The notes under the pieces: generated by a model
What the model saw: the letters and a program-made list of their open reading frames with translations, nothing else
What the model was told of the DNA's origin: nothing
Database searches by the model: none
DNA from: Tubiluchus corallicola
Lineage: Eukaryota > Animalia > Priapulida
Direction of reading: 5' to 3'
Assembly (NCBI GenBank): GCA_030141605.1
Contig: JAQGDQ010000675.1
Span: forward strand, 1 to 64,000
Length of the DNA: 64,000 nucleotides
Translations under genes and position numbers: made by a program
Shown here: piece after piece, positions 61,960-64,000 of the stretch
How positions within the stretch are numbered: the stretch's first letter is position 1
Layout of the letters: each line of letters begins with the position of its first letter

Positions 61960-63999
61960 TCATCTGAACCACGTGATCGTTATCGTGAAAATTCTTAGTA
62001 CAAACACAAGGGTTATTAAAATAATTAAAATACAAATAGTTATCACAAGAATGATAATGGGAATAAGATACTTCATTCGATCCAGTTGTCCTGAGCACGA
62101 CTGTTCTTTGCCGTCTTTCAACACACCTTGCTGCTTCTCAGTCTGGTGTTCTGGGACAATGGCTGATAATAAGGGATGTTCTGTTGTACCGTTTTCTAGC
62201 TTCTGCTGCTTCAGTGTTTCATTCTGAGCCTTTTGTTCTTGCAAAAGTTGTTCTTCATTGGGCATGTCAATGCACTGTCCGCTTTCGACATCTAGCACGT
62301 ATCCTTTTTTGCAGTATTTTTCGCAGTTGTGCTTTTTGGAAAATATACCAGCTTCACGGATCGTGCAGTTTTTGGCTTCCTCGGGATCAGCTTGGCAAGG
62401 AGTACTGCAGTTGAACTCTTTGGATTCTTCTGTTTTGTTTTCTGCGCTACAGACATTTCCTCGTGGTTTGCAATTTCTAACTTTAGTCTGCCGCCCAGAT
62501 GAAGTTCCACAGGGGCTGCAATCTGTGTTAGGGATCCATTCACCCCATGTGCCTTGCTCTTGCTGAATTTCTGGTTTCTCTGTTTCTTGTTTTGGTGGTT
62601 GGTATACATTTTCAGTGGCATGTTCTTGCACGAGTTGTTGGCCATCAGGTAAATCAAGACATTCTTCTTTGTCAATATCAAGGGCAAATCCTTTCCTACA
62701 GTACTTCTCACATTGGTTTCTTTCAGAAAATATACCACTTTTATAAACTACACACACTTGGCGATTATTAGATCCAGCTGGGCAGGGATCTTTACAAACC
62801 ATCTCTTCGGATTCTTCCAGTTTATATTGTGGACCACAAAGTTTTCCTACTGGAGTGCATGTTCTGGTTTTAGTTCTTGTGCCAGACGAAGTCCCACAAG
62901 GACTGCAGTCGTCCTTAGAAATCCATTCACCCCACGAACCTGGTGAAATAAAAAACAAGTCTTCCTCTGTTGATGATTTCTGCCCTAGCCAAGATCCTTC
63001 AACTTGTGGCGGTAGTAGTACATCATCTGGTGAATCAATACATTCTCCTTTGTCAATATCAAGTGCAAACCCTTCCTTGCAGTACTTTTCACATTTCTTC
63101 CTTTCAGAAAATATACCAGCTTCGTGAACTACACACACTTCACGATAATTAGATCCAGCTGGGCAGGGATCTTTACAAACAATCTCTTGAGATTCTTTCA
63201 CTTTATATTGTGGACCACAAAGTTTTCCTACTGGAGTGCATGTTCTGGTTTTAGTTTTTGTACCAAATGAAGTTCCACAAGGACTGCAGCCTTTTTTAGA
63301 AATCCATGCACCCCACGAACCTGGTGAAATAAAAAACAAGTCTTCCTCTGTTGATGATTTCTGCCCTAACCAAGATCCTTCAACTTGTGGCAGTAGTTGC
63401 TCCTTGTCAGGTATATCAATGCATTCGCCTTTGTCAACATCAAACGCAAACCCTTCCCTGCAGTACTTATCACACTTTTTCCTTTCGGAAAATATACCAG
63501 CTTCGCGAACTACACATGCTTCACGATTATCAGGACTAGCTCGGCAAGGATCTTTACAAACAGTTTCCTCAGATTCTTCTCTTTCGTTCAAAGGGCCACA
63601 AAATCTTCCTGAAGGAATGCATGTTCTGGTTCTAGTTTTAGTGCCAGTCGATGTTCCACAAGGGGTACATTCTGCCTCAGTAACCCATTTACTCCATGAA
63701 CCGGGTGGTGGAACATGACATGTTGAGTTGTCGAAGTTGATGCACACTACTTTATTTCGGCATTTTAACAAGTGTTTTGGGCAGTTGTAGTTGCAGAATT
63801 CTTCGTCGCTACCGTCGGAGCAATGCGGATATCCGTCGCATTTGAGAATCTCCCGGTAGCACTGCTGACCATTCATACACTGAAGAAAAGTCTCTTTGCA
63901 CCAAAACAGTTCACAGTTCCTGTTCTTAGTGCAAGTGGGAAAAATATCACAGTCAAACACATCAGGAAGACACTGAACCTCACCTGGGTATTTATCCAG
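61960..63999 (-). CDS. cysteine-rich membrane protein: LDL-receptor class A repeat(s), four TSP1-like + Cys-module repeats, C-terminal TM helix (5' end beyond window)
   Basis: The frame stays open to the window edge. LDLa motif CDGYPHCSDGSDEEFC. Four units with WxxW...CxPCG...TRTC. Hydrophobic LIPIIILVITICILIILITLVFVL near the stop. Confidence 0.85.
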   Translation of the reverse strand: MDKYPGEVQCLPDVFDCDIFPTCTKNRNCELFWCKETFLQCMNGQQCYREILKCDGYPHCSDGSDEEFCNYNCPKHLLKCRNKVVCINFDNSTCHVPPPGSWSKWVTEAECTPCGTSTGTKTRTRTCIPSGRFCGPLNEREESEETVCKDPCRASPDNREACVVREAGIFSERKKCDKYCREGFAFDVDKGECIDIPDKEQLLPQVEGSWLGQKSSTEEDLFFISPGSWGAWISKKGCSPCGTSFGTKTKTRTCTPVGKLCGPQYKVKESQEIVCKDPCPAGSNYREVCVVHEAGIFSERKKCEKYCKEGFALDIDKGECIDSPDDVLLPPQVEGSWLGQKSSTEEDLFFISPGSWGEWISKDDCSPCGTSSGTRTKTRTCTPVGKLCGPQYKLEESEEMVCKDPCPAGSNNRQVCVVYKSGIFSERNQCEKYCRKGFALDIDKEECLDLPDGQQLVQEHATENVYQPPKQETEKPEIQQEQGTWGEWIPNTDCSPCGTSSGRQTKVRNCKPRGNVCSAENKTEESKEFNCSTPCQADPEEAKNCTIREAGIFSKKHNCEKYCKKGYVLDVESGQCIDMPNEEQLLQEQKAQNETLKQQKLENGTTEHPLLSAIVPEHQTEKQQGVLKDGKEQSCSGQLDRMKYLIPIIILVITICILIILITLVFVLRIFTITITWFR

Positions 64000-64000
64000 A

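Noticed and set aside
62184-63718. Plus-strand ORFs overlapping the LDLa/TSP1 gene
   Set aside because: Antisense shadows of the repeated coding units, with no independent protein features.

Overview
AT-rich, intron-containing eukaryotic DNA, most likely from an invertebrate animal (spliceosomal introns including a U12-type intron, a MetaSINE, many MITEs). From left to right: (1) a tandem cluster of three paralogous C2H2 zinc-finger arrays on the minus strand. They are built from an 84-bp minisatellite-like unit that varies mainly at the DNA-contacting residues; two are disrupted and one has an intact 18-finger ORF. (2) A degenerate Mag-type Ty3/Gypsy element (3887-7873) inserted in one duplicate. 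It is flanked by INVERTED 119-bp LTRs, each followed inward by a tRNA-Leu primer-binding site, with a clean 5-bp TSD and an empty site in the paralogous copy. This is the most unusual structure in the window. (3) A complete 8-exon GDP-L-fucose synthase gene. (4) A complete 9-exon transaldolase gene. (5) A CES-2/giant-like PAR-bZIP gene with a single coding exon. (6) The 3' part of an LDLa + repeated TSP1-like membrane-protein gene running off the window edge. Introns and intergenic DNA are full of minisatellites, microsatellites, pogo/Tigger, hAT and Kolobok-like MITEs and LINE fragments. All calls are from reading the sequence by eye; no database search was run.
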